The position numbers and the translations under genes were made by a program. A stretch of DNA of 64,000 nucleotides from a virus: positions 8,122 to 72,121 of the IMG/VR virus record IMGVR_UViG_3300028800_000009; one strand, written 5' to 3'. Within the stretch, counting starts at the first letter, position 1. Each line of letters starts with the position of its first letter. This document shows, in pieces, positions 28,940 through 38,906 of the stretch. Under the pieces are notes generated by a model. That model had not been told where the DNA came from. It saw nothing but the letters and a program-made list of their open reading frames with translations, and did not search any database.

Positions 28940-30123
28940 GGAATGTACGCCACCATATCGGTTTGAGTGCTGACCACGATGATAATCGCGTCGTGCGCCG
29001 AATCGTATTGTGCCCGATTGAACATGCCGCCTTCATTGCCGCCAGGAAGAGATGATGGCGTTACAGCATTCGATCCGTTGGCAGTCACGGCCGTCCACGC
29101 AAATGTTGTGGTGTTGAGGTTATATGCCGTCGTCGATCCGGGGATGATGCACCAGATCTTGCTATCGACGGTCCGGTAGACGACGCCAGGAGAGCCGCCA
29201 AAATTCTGACACGTTTGATTGCCTGTCGTCGTCACATTCGTCAAGGTGCCGGTCAGGCTCATGTAACCAGCGTAACCGTTCCCGATCATCCACAAGCGCT
29301 GGTGGGCCACATCCATCGCCGAGCCGTAATAATTGGCCGTTGGCGGCGACGAGTTGTTGTTATAGACCCACGCGTTTGTGCTGGGCGTCCATACCTTGGT
29401 GCCATTGAACTGCCCAGTGAAGTAAACATTGCCGTCCGTCGGGTTGTAGAAGGAGCTTTCGTAATATGGACTCCCTCCGGAAGGAGTATTTGCCTCTTGC
29501 GTCCAGTGACCGGCAAGATAGAGCCAGCTTTGCGGCCCTTCGTTGCCGCTGATGTAAATCGCACCGAAAGCACGGAACAAACCATAGCTCGGGACATAGA
29601 CTAGCGCGCCGTAGGTATGAACGCTTGCCGGGCACCCGGCGCCCGTGCAGTTGGTGCTATCGACGTAGTAGCCGGTGTTACCCGTGTCGGCCGTGCTTGG
29701 TCCAAATTCTCGCACCCAATTGAGCGAATTCTTGAGGTCGTTCTTATAGACCTCATTGCCGGCGTAGTCGGTATGACCGCCGCCATGGCAGTACATGATG
29801 CTGTTGGCGGTATCTTCGGCACAGCTCGACCACGTATCTGTAACTGCCGTCGAGCCTGTCGCGCCGCCCGGGCTGACACTCGGAAAAACATTTTGTATTT
29901 GACCGGCCGTAACGCCCGATTGCGTGCTGAGATCGATAAAACAGCCATGGCTCGTACATGGACCAGTCGCTAGAGCGGTGGATAGCTTATCCGCGCCGCC
30001 CCCGCCGGCGATCGTCCCCGAGCCGTGCCATGGAGACGACGCCTCCGCGACGTACCCAAAGAGGCCGGTGACGGAGAGAGTAAGCGCGAGCGCGAAGCAG
30101 AGGTCGGCGAATAACTTACGCAT
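28936..30123 (-). CDS. Signal-peptide beta-propeller (Kelch-like) protein
   Basis: Signal then ASSPWHGS; GGGHTDYAGNEVY, PASVHTY, repeated W-containing blades; many Cys. Confidence 0.7.
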   Translation of the reverse strand: MRKLFADLCFALALTLSVTGLFGYVAEASSPWHGSGTIAGGGGADKLSTALATGPCTSHGCFIDLSTQSGVTAGQIQNVFPSVSPGGATGSTAVTDTWSSCAEDTANSIMYCHGGGHTDYAGNEVYKNDLKNSLNWVREFGPSTADTGNTGYYVDSTNCTGAGCPASVHTYGALVYVPSYGLFRAFGAIYISGNEGPQSWLYLAGHWTQEANTPSGGSPYYESSFYNPTDGNVYFTGQFNGTKVWTPSTNAWVYNNNSSPPTANYYGSAMDVAHQRLWMIGNGYAGYMSLTGTLTNVTTTGNQTCQNFGGSPGVVYRTVDSKIWCIIPGSTTAYNLNTTTFAWTAVTANGSNAVTPSSLPGGNEGGMFNRAQYDSAHDAIIIVVSTQTDMVAYIP

Positions 30124-31055
30124 CAGATACCCCAATTCGTCGTGATCTGCGCGTCAAGCGTCGAGCGTGTGCCGCTCATGGTCGTCGAGTTAGTACCCGA
30201 CTCTACCCATGTATCCGTTGCGCCGCTGACCGCACCACTAACGACGAAGCCGCTCTGCGATGATGCTCCGCTCGTAAGTGTCCCTGGAATATTCACACCA
30301 TTTTCAAGAAGGGCTGAGCTGGCGGCATTGATCGTACAAATGCCTCTGATCCAAGTACCCAACGCTACGGTACCAGTTATCTCGCCGCTGCCACCCTCAA
30401 GACAATCGATATGATTGCTGGTCCCCCATCCAATACTGGTATTGAATAGGTTCTGGCCGGTAATAACCTCGCGGTTTCCTGCGGTAGTCCCGGTCTGTTT
30501 TGCAGCCGTATAAATCGTGCTACCATTTGCGATCGTAAGGCTAGCGGACCAGACCAACTTGGTTGTGGCGCTCCCGGTCAGACAGGTCGACGATGTATTA
30601 ATACAATTCGCCGTCGCAGCCGCGCTTTGAGAGGTCGAACCTTGATTTCCGGCATTGACTGAACCGACCTGATCAAAGACCGTCTGGGCGGCACATGTCG
30701 ATCCCGAACAGAACGTGGCGAGATCAGCCTCGTCTAGCTTTCCGTTCGTCGTCAAAGATTTGATGCTACACGTCGTCTGACTCGCAACGCCGTTACAGGT
30801 TCCAGTACCGGCGTCGTTCCGATAAACGCTAATCAAGGCCGTCCCGCACGTCGCGGCGCTAAACGCACGCAGTCCCCACCAGTGCGTCCAATTGGCATCG
30901 ATGTCGCCAGGACCGACGTAGCCACCACAGGTCGGCCCAGAGGAAGCCGACTTTGCGGAGACGATCGCCTGGAGCATCCCATGGGCGTCGACGGTTGGCG
31001 ACGCCCACAAAAGGCCGAGGACGGCTAGGAGAGCCGCCGATAATTTCCTAATCAT
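30123..31055 (-). CDS. Signal-peptide protein with arabinofuranosidase-B-catalytic/ConA-like domain
   Basis: MIRKLSAALLAVLGLLWASPTVDA signal; WWGLRAFSAA...FC...FDQ pattern; many Cys. Confidence 0.6.
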   Translation of the reverse strand: MIRKLSAALLAVLGLLWASPTVDAHGMLQAIVSAKSASSGPTCGGYVGPGDIDANWTHWWGLRAFSAATCGTALISVYRNDAGTGTCNGVASQTTCSIKSLTTNGKLDEADLATFCSGSTCAAQTVFDQVGSVNAGNQGSTSQSAAATANCINTSSTCLTGSATTKLVWSASLTIANGSTIYTAAKQTGTTAGNREVITGQNLFNTSIGWGTSNHIDCLEGGSGEITGTVALGTWIRGICTINAASSALLENGVNIPGTLTSGASSQSGFVVSGAVSGATDTWVESGTNSTTMSGTRSTLDAQITTNWGI

Positions 31056-31059
31056 CGGC

Positions 31060-33348
31060 TTAGCTCCACGTGCCGTTAAACGAGTACACGTCGTATTTGG
31101 TCGTCCCGTTCCCAACGTAACACATCTTATCACCGGCCGCTCCCGAGGAAGCGATAGCCGTGTTCGCTGCCTTATATGAGGTAAAGTTCGTATTCTCGTA
31201 CTGAACGCTGGCGAGCCCAGAGAAGGTAATCGTCGTCGCGATATTGTTCGCGTTACGGACACAATATTGCACTCCGTTCGCGGGGGTCGGCATCGTAATG
31301 GTGCAAGTCCCCGTACACTCGAATATATCATTCGATCCGGCGAAGGTATGAGTAGTCCCCGTCGCGAAAGTCGGGGGCCGGTCGACGTACGCCGTCGTCG
31401 CGATCTTCGTCGAGTTATCGTTCGCGGCCTGTGTCGCCGCCGTCCACGTCCCCGTGATCGCGCTATTAGCCGAAAGAAGATTCGTCCCGACCCGATCGGC
31501 ATAAGCCGTCGTCCCTATCTTCGTCGAGTTATCGTTCGCAGCCTGGGTCGTCGTCGTCGGATTTCCGCCGAGCGCGATCGAGGTCTGGATCAACGAACTA
31601 GTAATCCCTCCCGACGCGATATGAAGCGTGTTGGAAGTGTTCGTGAACTCCGCCCCGATTGTATTCACGGCGTAGAGATCGCCACCGACGACGCCTCCGG
31701 CGAAGAAGACGTTCGTCCCGTCGCTCTGAAGGCAACCGTTCGCCCCAGGCTTGAGAGTCACAATCGGCAGGCCGGAAGGGGGGAACGTGCCCGTATACGT
31801 ACCTTGGACGAGCGTCCACGTCCCCGTCCCCGTCACGGTATAGCAGGAGACCATATTCGCGGCGAACAAACCGGTTGCGACCGCGTTAATTGTCAAATTT
31901 TGGGCCGTCGTAGAATTAAGGTTGATCGTTCCGCCCATGTCCGCGGTGCCGAACGCTGTACTCGTCGCGGCCGTACGGCCAGGCGAACCGATGTTAATCG
32001 TATGGGCCGTATTATCGAGAATGAAGTTTGATGACGGCGTATAGCCCGTAATCGTCGTGCTGTTCGTCGCCCACGCGCCGATCTGACCAGCCAGCGCGCT
32101 CGACACCGTGCCGCCGCCAGAGCCAGGGGCTGATAAAACGCCGGCCGTATTGACGATCGACGAGTTGTCGGCGCGAACAACGCCAAGCGCCCCGCTCGTC
32201 GCGACCGGAAGCTGGGCAACCGGAACCGTACCAGAGTTGATCTCCGAACCCGCAATACTCTTATTGGTTAGCGTATCGGTCGTCGCGCGGCCGACGAGCG
32301 TGTCGCTGGAGGTCGGCAAGGAGAGCGTACCGCCGTTCAGGATCGTCGCGATCGTCGGCGACGTTAGCGTCTTATTCGAAAGGGTATCGGTCGAGGTACG
32401 CGAGACAAGCGTATCGGTAAGGGCCGGAAGCGAGAGCGTCCCGCTCGCGATAGCCTGGGGCTGAAGAGTCGTCGTCCCCGAGGTCGAGCCCGCGAGACCA
32501 AGCTTACCGAGGAGAGCCGTCGGCGTCCCGATCGTGAGCACGCCGGCCGTGTAGGTAAGCCCGGCGTTCGACGTACAATTTCCGGCGCCGTTATCGGTTA
32601 AGACGTCGGTTGCGGAACCAGCCGGGGTACACCCCCCACCTCCTCCACCCCCAGTCGATGCGAAAGTAAGCGTCCCTGGGCCTACGGTAATCGTCATATT
32701 GGCCCCGGCGATCGGTACGGCGTAGTGAAGTAGGCCGTCCGCACCCGATCCGATCGGAATCTGACCGTTCGTAAAGCTCGTCCCGAGACGCTGGACCGCG
32801 AGAATACCGGAAGTAATATTACCGGCGTTCGTCGTATCGACGATCGCCGAAGAGACAAACGAAGAGCCGTTCGTCTTCGTGACGTTGAGCAGGCCGGTCG
32901 AGGTATTTAGCGTACCGTCACCGTTGACAGTTGGAACGCCGCCGAACGACCCGGCATTATTGAACTGGAGCTGCCCCGAGGAGCCGCCCGGCGTCCCGCC
33001 ACCTCCGCCCGAACCCAGGGGGCCGATCGTCGAGCCGCCGCTACGATAGAAAAGGCCCGAACCGGTTGCCCAGATATCGCCGTTGTTAAGCGTCGCGGGT
33101 GTCGATCCAGGAGCGATATTGAGACTCGCGACCGAGCCCGCTGGGGGCAGAATAAGCTCCCCGAGCATCGTATCGCCGGCCTTATTGACCGGCGTATAGC
33201 CAAGTTCGTCCTCCTTCGCGGTGAAATAGGAATTCCACTGTGCGGCTGTAGGAACTTGTCCGGTGACGAAGCCCGGGTTTGATCCGGCATATGCCACACC
33301 GACCGAAAGCGCAATCGCCCCGAGCAAGGAGGATAGAAGCTTCTTCAT
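31060..33348 (-). CDS. Long tail-fibre-like protein with N-terminal signal peptide
   Basis: MKKLLSSLLGAIALSVGVAYA signal; fibre motifs PVNKAGDTM, PGGSSGQLQFNNAGSFGG, TDTLTNK, DNSTKIATTAYV. Confidence 0.8.
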   Translation of the reverse strand: MKKLLSSLLGAIALSVGVAYAGSNPGFVTGQVPTAAQWNSYFTAKEDELGYTPVNKAGDTMLGELILPPAGSVASLNIAPGSTPATLNNGDIWATGSGLFYRSGGSTIGPLGSGGGGGTPGGSSGQLQFNNAGSFGGVPTVNGDGTLNTSTGLLNVTKTNGSSFVSSAIVDTTNAGNITSGILAVQRLGTSFTNGQIPIGSGADGLLHYAVPIAGANMTITVGPGTLTFASTGGGGGGGCTPAGSATDVLTDNGAGNCTSNAGLTYTAGVLTIGTPTALLGKLGLAGSTSGTTTLQPQAIASGTLSLPALTDTLVSRTSTDTLSNKTLTSPTIATILNGGTLSLPTSSDTLVGRATTDTLTNKSIAGSEINSGTVPVAQLPVATSGALGVVRADNSSIVNTAGVLSAPGSGGGTVSSALAGQIGAWATNSTTITGYTPSSNFILDNTAHTINIGSPGRTAATSTAFGTADMGGTINLNSTTAQNLTINAVATGLFAANMVSCYTVTGTGTWTLVQGTYTGTFPPSGLPIVTLKPGANGCLQSDGTNVFFAGGVVGGDLYAVNTIGAEFTNTSNTLHIASGGITSSLIQTSIALGGNPTTTTQAANDNSTKIGTTAYADRVGTNLLSANSAITGTWTAATQAANDNSTKIATTAYVDRPPTFATGTTHTFAGSNDIFECTGTCTITMPTPANGVQYCVRNANNIATTITFSGLASVQYENTNFTSYKAANTAIASSGAAGDKMCYVGNGTTKYDVYSFNGTWS

Positions 33349-33362
33349 CTTAATTTACCCCT

Positions 33363-34574
33363 TTAACCATCGACTGTGACAACAAGAGTACACGGCGGAT
33401 TCTGACTGGAGCTGATGACCGCGTTACCACCCTGCCAATTGACAGTTCCGGTATTGATAATGCTGACAACACCAAGAAGGGTCGCGTAATGAGAAGCCGT
33501 CTCACTTAACCCGGTCTTGATACCGGAAAACGCAAGATTTCCCGTCGTGCTAGCAGCAAATGATTCGTACATCGACCCGGGAACTTCCGGCGTCGTACCG
33601 TCGAACCCGACTGCGGTAAGCGCGGCATTCTGGGGCGTAAGAAGATTTACCGATCCGGTCACATCGTATCGGACCTGATTTGCGGCCCAACTTAAGAAGC
33701 TATTTCGGATCGAACTCGAAAGCTCGAAAACGCTCGTCGATGCGCTCGTGACCGTGGAAGATAACGTTGTTGTCGTCGATCTAGGTTTCTGGTGAAACCA
33801 GTTCAACCCTTGGACTGGATTTGAAGACCACGCCGGACCGGAGCCAACAAGCCAATATCCGACGAGTGTCTTCGTCGGATCGCCGCTCATAATCTCGTTG
33901 CCTACATTACCGGCCGTAGTGTCGGTAATGTGCCCGGTTGTCGATGGAACGAGCGACGAGATCACGCCGGAGGTTTGAGCCGCGTAGATATAATACGGCG
34001 TTCCCGGCGTCAGCCCAGACGGGGCTAGGTTAACACCAGCCGCAGGGATCGAGCAATTCTGGCCGGCGACGAGGAGATTATTCCCGCCATGACCCGGCAA
34101 CAAAGTAATCTGCGAGCCCGAGGTATAGACGAGCTGACATTGACCGTTCTGAAGCTGAAGGCCAGTAGCACCAAATCTTATCCACCCAGAGCCACCCGTA
34201 TCGGGGTCGCTGGTATTATTCTCGGCCGTCGAGAGCCAGAACAACCCGAAGGTCGCTACCGATGCGACGACCGCGCCTTTAGGATAACCTCCAACTGCGG
34301 CTTGAAAGACGCCGTCGTAAGGTAGAAATGATCCACCGCCGTTTTGCCACCATATCCAAGCCGATATTTCGTTAAGGATACCATTCATATCCTTACCGGC
34401 CGGCGCGACTCCTCCCGCACCTTCATTCGTAAAGGTAGTCGGAGGGAACCCGAGATCGAGCGAGGCGGCGTTAGGGTCCGAAGTCGTTTTCGGAATCAAC
34501 CGAATAAATGATCCGCTCGCCGAGGCCGCGAAAGCTTCAAGTAGCTTCGTCGAGGGAATATTTGACGACTGCAC
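33363..34574 (-). CDS. Tail fibre protein (baseplate-anchored)
   Basis: GFPP.T...GG.AP.GKDMNGIL...GGYPKGA N-terminal anchor domain; follows the DUF2612 gene. Confidence 0.8.
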   Translation of the reverse strand: MQSSNIPSTKLLEAFAASASGSFIRLIPKTTSDPNAASLDLGFPPTTFTNEGAGGVAPAGKDMNGILNEISAWIWWQNGGGSFLPYDGVFQAAVGGYPKGAVVASVATFGLFWLSTAENNTSDPDTGGSGWIRFGATGLQLQNGQCQLVYTSGSQITLLPGHGGNNLLVAGQNCSIPAAGVNLAPSGLTPGTPYYIYAAQTSGVISSLVPSTTGHITDTTAGNVGNEIMSGDPTKTLVGYWLVGSGPAWSSNPVQGLNWFHQKPRSTTTTLSSTVTSASTSVFELSSSIRNSFLSWAANQVRYDVTGSVNLLTPQNAALTAVGFDGTTPEVPGSMYESFAASTTGNLAFSGIKTGLSETASHYATLLGVVSIINTGTVNWQGGNAVISSSQNPPCTLVVTVDG

Positions 34575-34585
34575 TTTTTAAACCC

Positions 34586-35308
34586 TCACAAAATAACGAC
34601 GGTCGCGGCGACACCGACCGGTTTCGGTAAGACCCCAGATTGGAAAATGATCGACTCCTGAACCGGCGTCGGCGTAAAGGCGAAGGTATAGGTCATCGTC
34701 ATATCCTGGCCGTCCGTAACGTAACATTGGCCGCTCTGGCCGAAGAGGCTCATCAAAATCGCGTTGATACCGGGTATCGATCCGTCGCAGATATTGTAAA
34801 GAGCCTTCGCGAAGATCAATGTGCGATAGGCGTCGTCCGTTAGCGCAAAATTATTCGTAACCGGTTGACCTGCGTAGAACGGAGATACGCCGCCAGGACC
34901 GAAATTGTCGTAGTCCGTCGTACCTCCCTCCTCAAAGCCGAAATACTTCCCGGCCGAGACTTGGAGAACGCGCGACACACCAACGATTCGCCCCCAAACG
35001 TCGAGTCCGTATCCCTGGGCCGTATCGATGTTCCAGATCATGTTGTAGAACGCCGACATATTCTCGGTTTGGTCGACGTTTTGATTAAAGTAGTCGATCA
35101 GTTGGGTAAGGATCGGTGAATTCGCGTATTGACTTATAATCGTCAACGTATAGTCGAAAGCATTCAAGACGCCGATCGGCGAGACCCCGATCGTAAAATT
35201 CCCGATCGCGCTATCCGAAAGATAATCGAACGATGCATCCGTAAGCTGTCCGACCGGGCTTATCCCGATCTCGAACATACCGATAGAATTAGAAGCTGGG
35301 GTCGACAT
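34586..35308 (-). CDS. Baseplate wedge protein (DUF2612-like)
   Basis: ISQYANSP, TAQGYGLDVWGRIVG, LPKPVGV. Confidence 0.85.
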   Translation of the reverse strand: MSTPASNSIGMFEIGISPVGQLTDASFDYLSDSAIGNFTIGVSPIGVLNAFDYTLTIISQYANSPILTQLIDYFNQNVDQTENMSAFYNMIWNIDTAQGYGLDVWGRIVGVSRVLQVSAGKYFGFEEGGTTDYDNFGPGGVSPFYAGQPVTNNFALTDDAYRTLIFAKALYNICDGSIPGINAILMSLFGQSGQCYVTDGQDMTMTYTFAFTPTPVQESIIFQSGVLPKPVGVAATVVIL

Positions 35309-35309
35309 A

Positions 35310-36719
35310 TCAGACGACCGAGACTTGGATTAAATTAGCGTCCGTAACCGGAACTTGATTAGACTGGACTTGGACATTATTCTGTGCCGGAGCGCACGCC
35401 GTCATAGCTTCGGAGCCGACGGTTTGCATATTATTAAGAACCCAACTCGTTCCGCTACCGGATAGGATCGTGGTTCCTTCCGCGACCCCGGGGCCGAATA
35501 TTTGCTGTCCTATAGCCACGGTTCCAGTAACGGATGATACCGTGAGAGCCGTTCCGGCAATAACGCCCGTAAAAGACGCCGCGATAGTATTCGTCGACCC
35601 GATCAAAAGCGACTTAATCAGCGCCCAAGTCCCGAGGAGGGCGATCGGCGCGACGAACCGCGTCGCGAGAATATTAGATCCGATCCTGGCGCGCGTCCCA
35701 CCATCCCCTCCACCAAAGGCGTTGATAATTGCTTGCTGAACGAGAGCGACCGCGTTCGAGGGGACCGTCGGACCATTAACGATCTGAACTTCAAACAGGA
35801 CTTGAAGATCGGTCGGCCGCTCGAATGTAACGCTGTAAGCGATCGGGGACGTATAGAGAGGGTTATTATCGAACGCCGTTACCGTCGTATTTCCGGTATA
35901 GGCGCAACCCGGGCCTTTCTTCGATAAAATGGCTTGGCCCACCGCCAGGTCGGTCGCGCCGACGGCTGCTATATAAATCGAATTCGCAGCGATCGACTGA
36001 CCTAAGACCGTAACCGGCGACGCCGTCCCGTTATCATATCCGAAATAGTCGAGAACACCGGGAACGTTCGCTACAGCTCCGATAATCGAGCCGATCGCGC
36101 CGAAACTATTCCCCGCGACCGTTGCAGCGCGTCGCTCCTCGAAAGCTGCGCGGCTCTCGACGTTATTACCGAGAACGCCATCGGTCGGGTTATTGATCGT
36201 ATCCCAACCATTGATCGTTTGGGCGATGACGTTAAGCGTATTCGCGGGGCACGCGATCGGCCCGACGACGTTACACGAGAACGGTAGCGTAATCGACCCG
36301 CTGATCGGGATCGTCCCGGCCTGGGTTGCGGTATACGTGTTACCGTCACTCGCCTGAGCGGCCGCGCCGACCGGAATAACGACGCCTACGAGCCCGACGC
36401 AAAGCGCCTGAACGACCGTCGGTTGGGCCGGGATGCGCTCGATAAAATAGATACGCGCGATCGCATCCTGCATACGGCCGGTCGCGAACGCTGGATCGAC
36501 CTGATTCGTGAAGTAGACGAACGTATCGTTCGCGTTTCCGATGATCGCCGTCTCGGACGTGACGATCTGGCCTTGAGGAGTCTCCAAATTCTCGAAATTG
36601 AGCGTGCCCCCGAACGCGGCTTGCCAGTCAGCGATAATGCCGTCGAGGATAGCGGACTCGGCCGGCGCTATGAACCCGTTAGGTCCGAAAACAACGATCG
36701 GGACGTTCGTCGTCGCCAT
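35310..36719 (-). CDS. Baseplate J-like protein
   Basis: TPQGQ, DPAFATGRMQDAI, ESRAAFEERR. Confidence 0.85.
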   Translation of the reverse strand: MATTNVPIVVFGPNGFIAPAESAILDGIIADWQAAFGGTLNFENLETPQGQIVTSETAIIGNANDTFVYFTNQVDPAFATGRMQDAIARIYFIERIPAQPTVVQALCVGLVGVVIPVGAAAQASDGNTYTATQAGTIPISGSITLPFSCNVVGPIACPANTLNVIAQTINGWDTINNPTDGVLGNNVESRAAFEERRAATVAGNSFGAIGSIIGAVANVPGVLDYFGYDNGTASPVTVLGQSIAANSIYIAAVGATDLAVGQAILSKKGPGCAYTGNTTVTAFDNNPLYTSPIAYSVTFERPTDLQVLFEVQIVNGPTVPSNAVALVQQAIINAFGGGDGGTRARIGSNILATRFVAPIALLGTWALIKSLLIGSTNTIAASFTGVIAGTALTVSSVTGTVAIGQQIFGPGVAEGTTILSGSGTSWVLNNMQTVGSEAMTACAPAQNNVQVQSNQVPVTDANLIQVSVV

Positions 36720-37078
36720 CAGAAACTCGCCGGGGTTATGACCCCATTCTTATCCGTTACTTGAACCTGCCCGTGAAGTCCGCGGTCATCGAAAGCTGTG
36801 ATGAATGTTTGGGCTGCGACGACCCCAGGGACAGTCTCGGCTGCGGCCGAGAACTGAGCCTTAAGCGCAGCGAGCGACGGCGCCGAGCCGAGAATATCCT
36901 CGAAATATGGAACGCCGGGCGCTGTATTGTACCATAACTCTTGCTGGAAGAGCTTGATCGCCGAAGCAGCGTCCTGGGCGAGCGCGTAAGGTACGCTCGC
37001 GACGGCGAGGTTTCCGCTCGCATCGGCGAGCAGATCCCAGGAAACGGTATCCAGAAGGAGCGTCGTCTGAGCCATCAC
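36719..37078 (-). CDS. Baseplate wedge/sheath initiator (gp25-like)
   Basis: WDL..D..GN.A, ELWYNT..GVPY. Confidence 0.75.
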   Translation of the reverse strand: MMAQTTLLLDTVSWDLLADASGNLAVASVPYALAQDAASAIKLFQQELWYNTAPGVPYFEDILGSAPSLAALKAQFSAAAETVPGVVAAQTFITAFDDRGLHGQVQVTDKNGVITPASF

Positions 37079-37722
37079 GAACCATTATTAGGCGCGAGCG
37101 TCGGTTGCTCCGTATCGTCGTGGCTATCGTTCGGCTGATCATGTGTATGCGTCTTGATGTCGAACGAGATACCGCCCGTCGGGAAGAAGATACCGTTAAT
37201 GGTAATGCCGCCGGATGCCATGACTATCGTATTCCCATTTTTGTCGGCGATCGTGATACCGGCCATATTGAATTGGACGTACTGATTCGGCGCGCTACCG
37301 AGGACGGAGAAGAGGTACATCCCGTCGGCCATATCGAAGCGCCGCAACGATCCCGGATTGGCGAGTCCCTTGTTGACCTTGACCGACGATATATCCCGAT
37401 CCGCGAACACCGCGACGCCGATATCCCCAATCTGGGGATCCATGATGATCGCGTTAAGACCACCCTGGACTCGGCAGTAGGTAAGCGCGTGAAGCGTCCC
37501 GTGGCCCTGCGAGTTCCCTACGCCGTCGACCATGTTGACGAGCGGCAGGACATCGACAAAGCCAACTGGCGAGACTCCACCATCGTTCGTAACGGAAACG
37601 ACCTTGACGAGCGTCGCCGTAGAGATTAGTCGTAGCGCCTGATCGACGATGAAGCTCGTACCGTTGAAAGGCGACGCCTCGGAACTAGGCTGCTGCTGAC
37701 CGGGGAAACCATCCTGGGGCAT
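37075..37722 (-). CDS. Baseplate central spike
   Basis: VDVLPLV, P..GD.G...FADRDIS, C-terminal HTH metal-binding tip motif. Confidence 0.85.
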   Translation of the reverse strand: MPQDGFPGQQQPSSEASPFNGTSFIVDQALRLISTATLVKVVSVTNDGGVSPVGFVDVLPLVNMVDGVGNSQGHGTLHALTYCRVQGGLNAIIMDPQIGDIGVAVFADRDISSVKVNKGLANPGSLRRFDMADGMYLFSVLGSAPNQYVQFNMAGITIADKNGNTIVMASGGITINGIFFPTGGISFDIKTHTHDQPNDSHDDTEQPTLAPNNGS

Positions 37723-38601
37723 CTACGGCCTCCCGACGACCGGGCCGAGACCGGGGCGCGTCGCGGAAAAATTAACTTCCCACTTCCCACCTGGCATCAT
37801 CGCGTCGAGGTTATAGTCGAGCGAATAGACAATCCACGGACCGGTAGCAGGCTTCAAACTACTCTCGACCTGGACCGTCTGGCCGAATCCGATCGCCGGG
37901 TTGAAGAGGGTCCGGACGAATATTCCCTTCGACGTATACGATGGATAATTGATCTTCCCATCCGCGTCCGACACGACCGGGATTAAGCCGCCGCGCGAGC
38001 CGCCGCGCGGCCAAATCGCCAAAACGCCGTTATCGATCGTCCAATTTATCCCCGCTTCCTTAGCCGCAGCCTGGGCTTGATTACGCGGGGAGCCCCAGAA
38101 ATAGGAGATTGGTAAGACGCCGGTCACGCCGCTATTCTCGAAAGAGAGCCCCATCGTCGTCGCGAGGCTCGACATAATATCCGCGACCTTCGTCGACCCC
38201 GTCGTGCTAATCGGCTGCGCGACCATCACGGCTTCGATCAGGCCGGTATGAGCCTCAACATGAAAACCTACTTCCGGCTGCTCCTCGAAACCGCCCCATG
38301 CGTTCGTAATCGTCCCTTGGAAGACGACCGCCGGAGACGCGCCTGCATCGTAGGCCATTACAATGACCGTATTACGCCTAACCTCGGTCCAGACGAGCCC
38401 GAGCGTCGAGAGCTGGTTGATTATCGAGGGTGTTAAACCGAAGACCGTCATATCCAGCGTGCCCATCGAAGGGCCGCCAGCCTTAAGTATCTTCGCCGTA
38501 ACGCGAAGTCCGGTTACGTTAACCGTATCCTCGCCGGTCTCCCCGAATGTTCCGGTCCCGAGGATAAAGCGAAGATCAATCAGGCGCTCGACAAAGGTCA
38601 C
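37723..38601 (-). CDS. Baseplate hub protein
   Basis: Size and synteny; VFQGTI, W.IDNG motifs. Confidence 0.75.
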   Translation of the reverse strand: MTFVERLIDLRFILGTGTFGETGEDTVNVTGLRVTAKILKAGGPSMGTLDMTVFGLTPSIINQLSTLGLVWTEVRRNTVIVMAYDAGASPAVVFQGTITNAWGGFEEQPEVGFHVEAHTGLIEAVMVAQPISTTGSTKVADIMSSLATTMGLSFENSGVTGVLPISYFWGSPRNQAQAAAKEAGINWTIDNGVLAIWPRGGSRGGLIPVVSDADGKINYPSYTSKGIFVRTLFNPAIGFGQTVQVESSLKPATGPWIVYSLDYNLDAMMPGGKWEVNFSATRPGLGPVVGRP

Positions 38602-38906
38602 GCGGCGAGGTCCGAGGCTTCGATATAAGCGAGGCTATAGCGCGAACCTAAACCCGTGAAGTTCGGATTGCCGCTACCCTCATTATCGATAAAAGCGAGA
38701 TCGCCGATGAACCCGAGATAGACCGATCGGACGATCCGATTTAGGTTCTGGCATAATACACCGCCAATGATCAGTACGTTGTTTACGTAGAGATCGAGGT
38801 AGAGCCCTGTGAACTTCTGGTAGACGTTTATCTGACAAACCTGATTCCCAAGAGTTACGGTAATTCCCTGGGATGGTATCGCCTGGAGTGGTACAATCAA
38901 CATCAC
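38598..38906 (-). CDS. Baseplate plug-like small protein
   Basis: PLQAIPSQ...F.GDL.F.D..G..P...GLG.RY.L.Y. Confidence 0.75.
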   Translation of the reverse strand: MMLIVPLQAIPSQGITVTLGNQVCQINVYQKFTGLYLDLYVNNVLIIGGVLCQNLNRIVRSVYLGFIGDLAFIDNEGSGNPNFTGLGSRYSLAYIEASDLAA

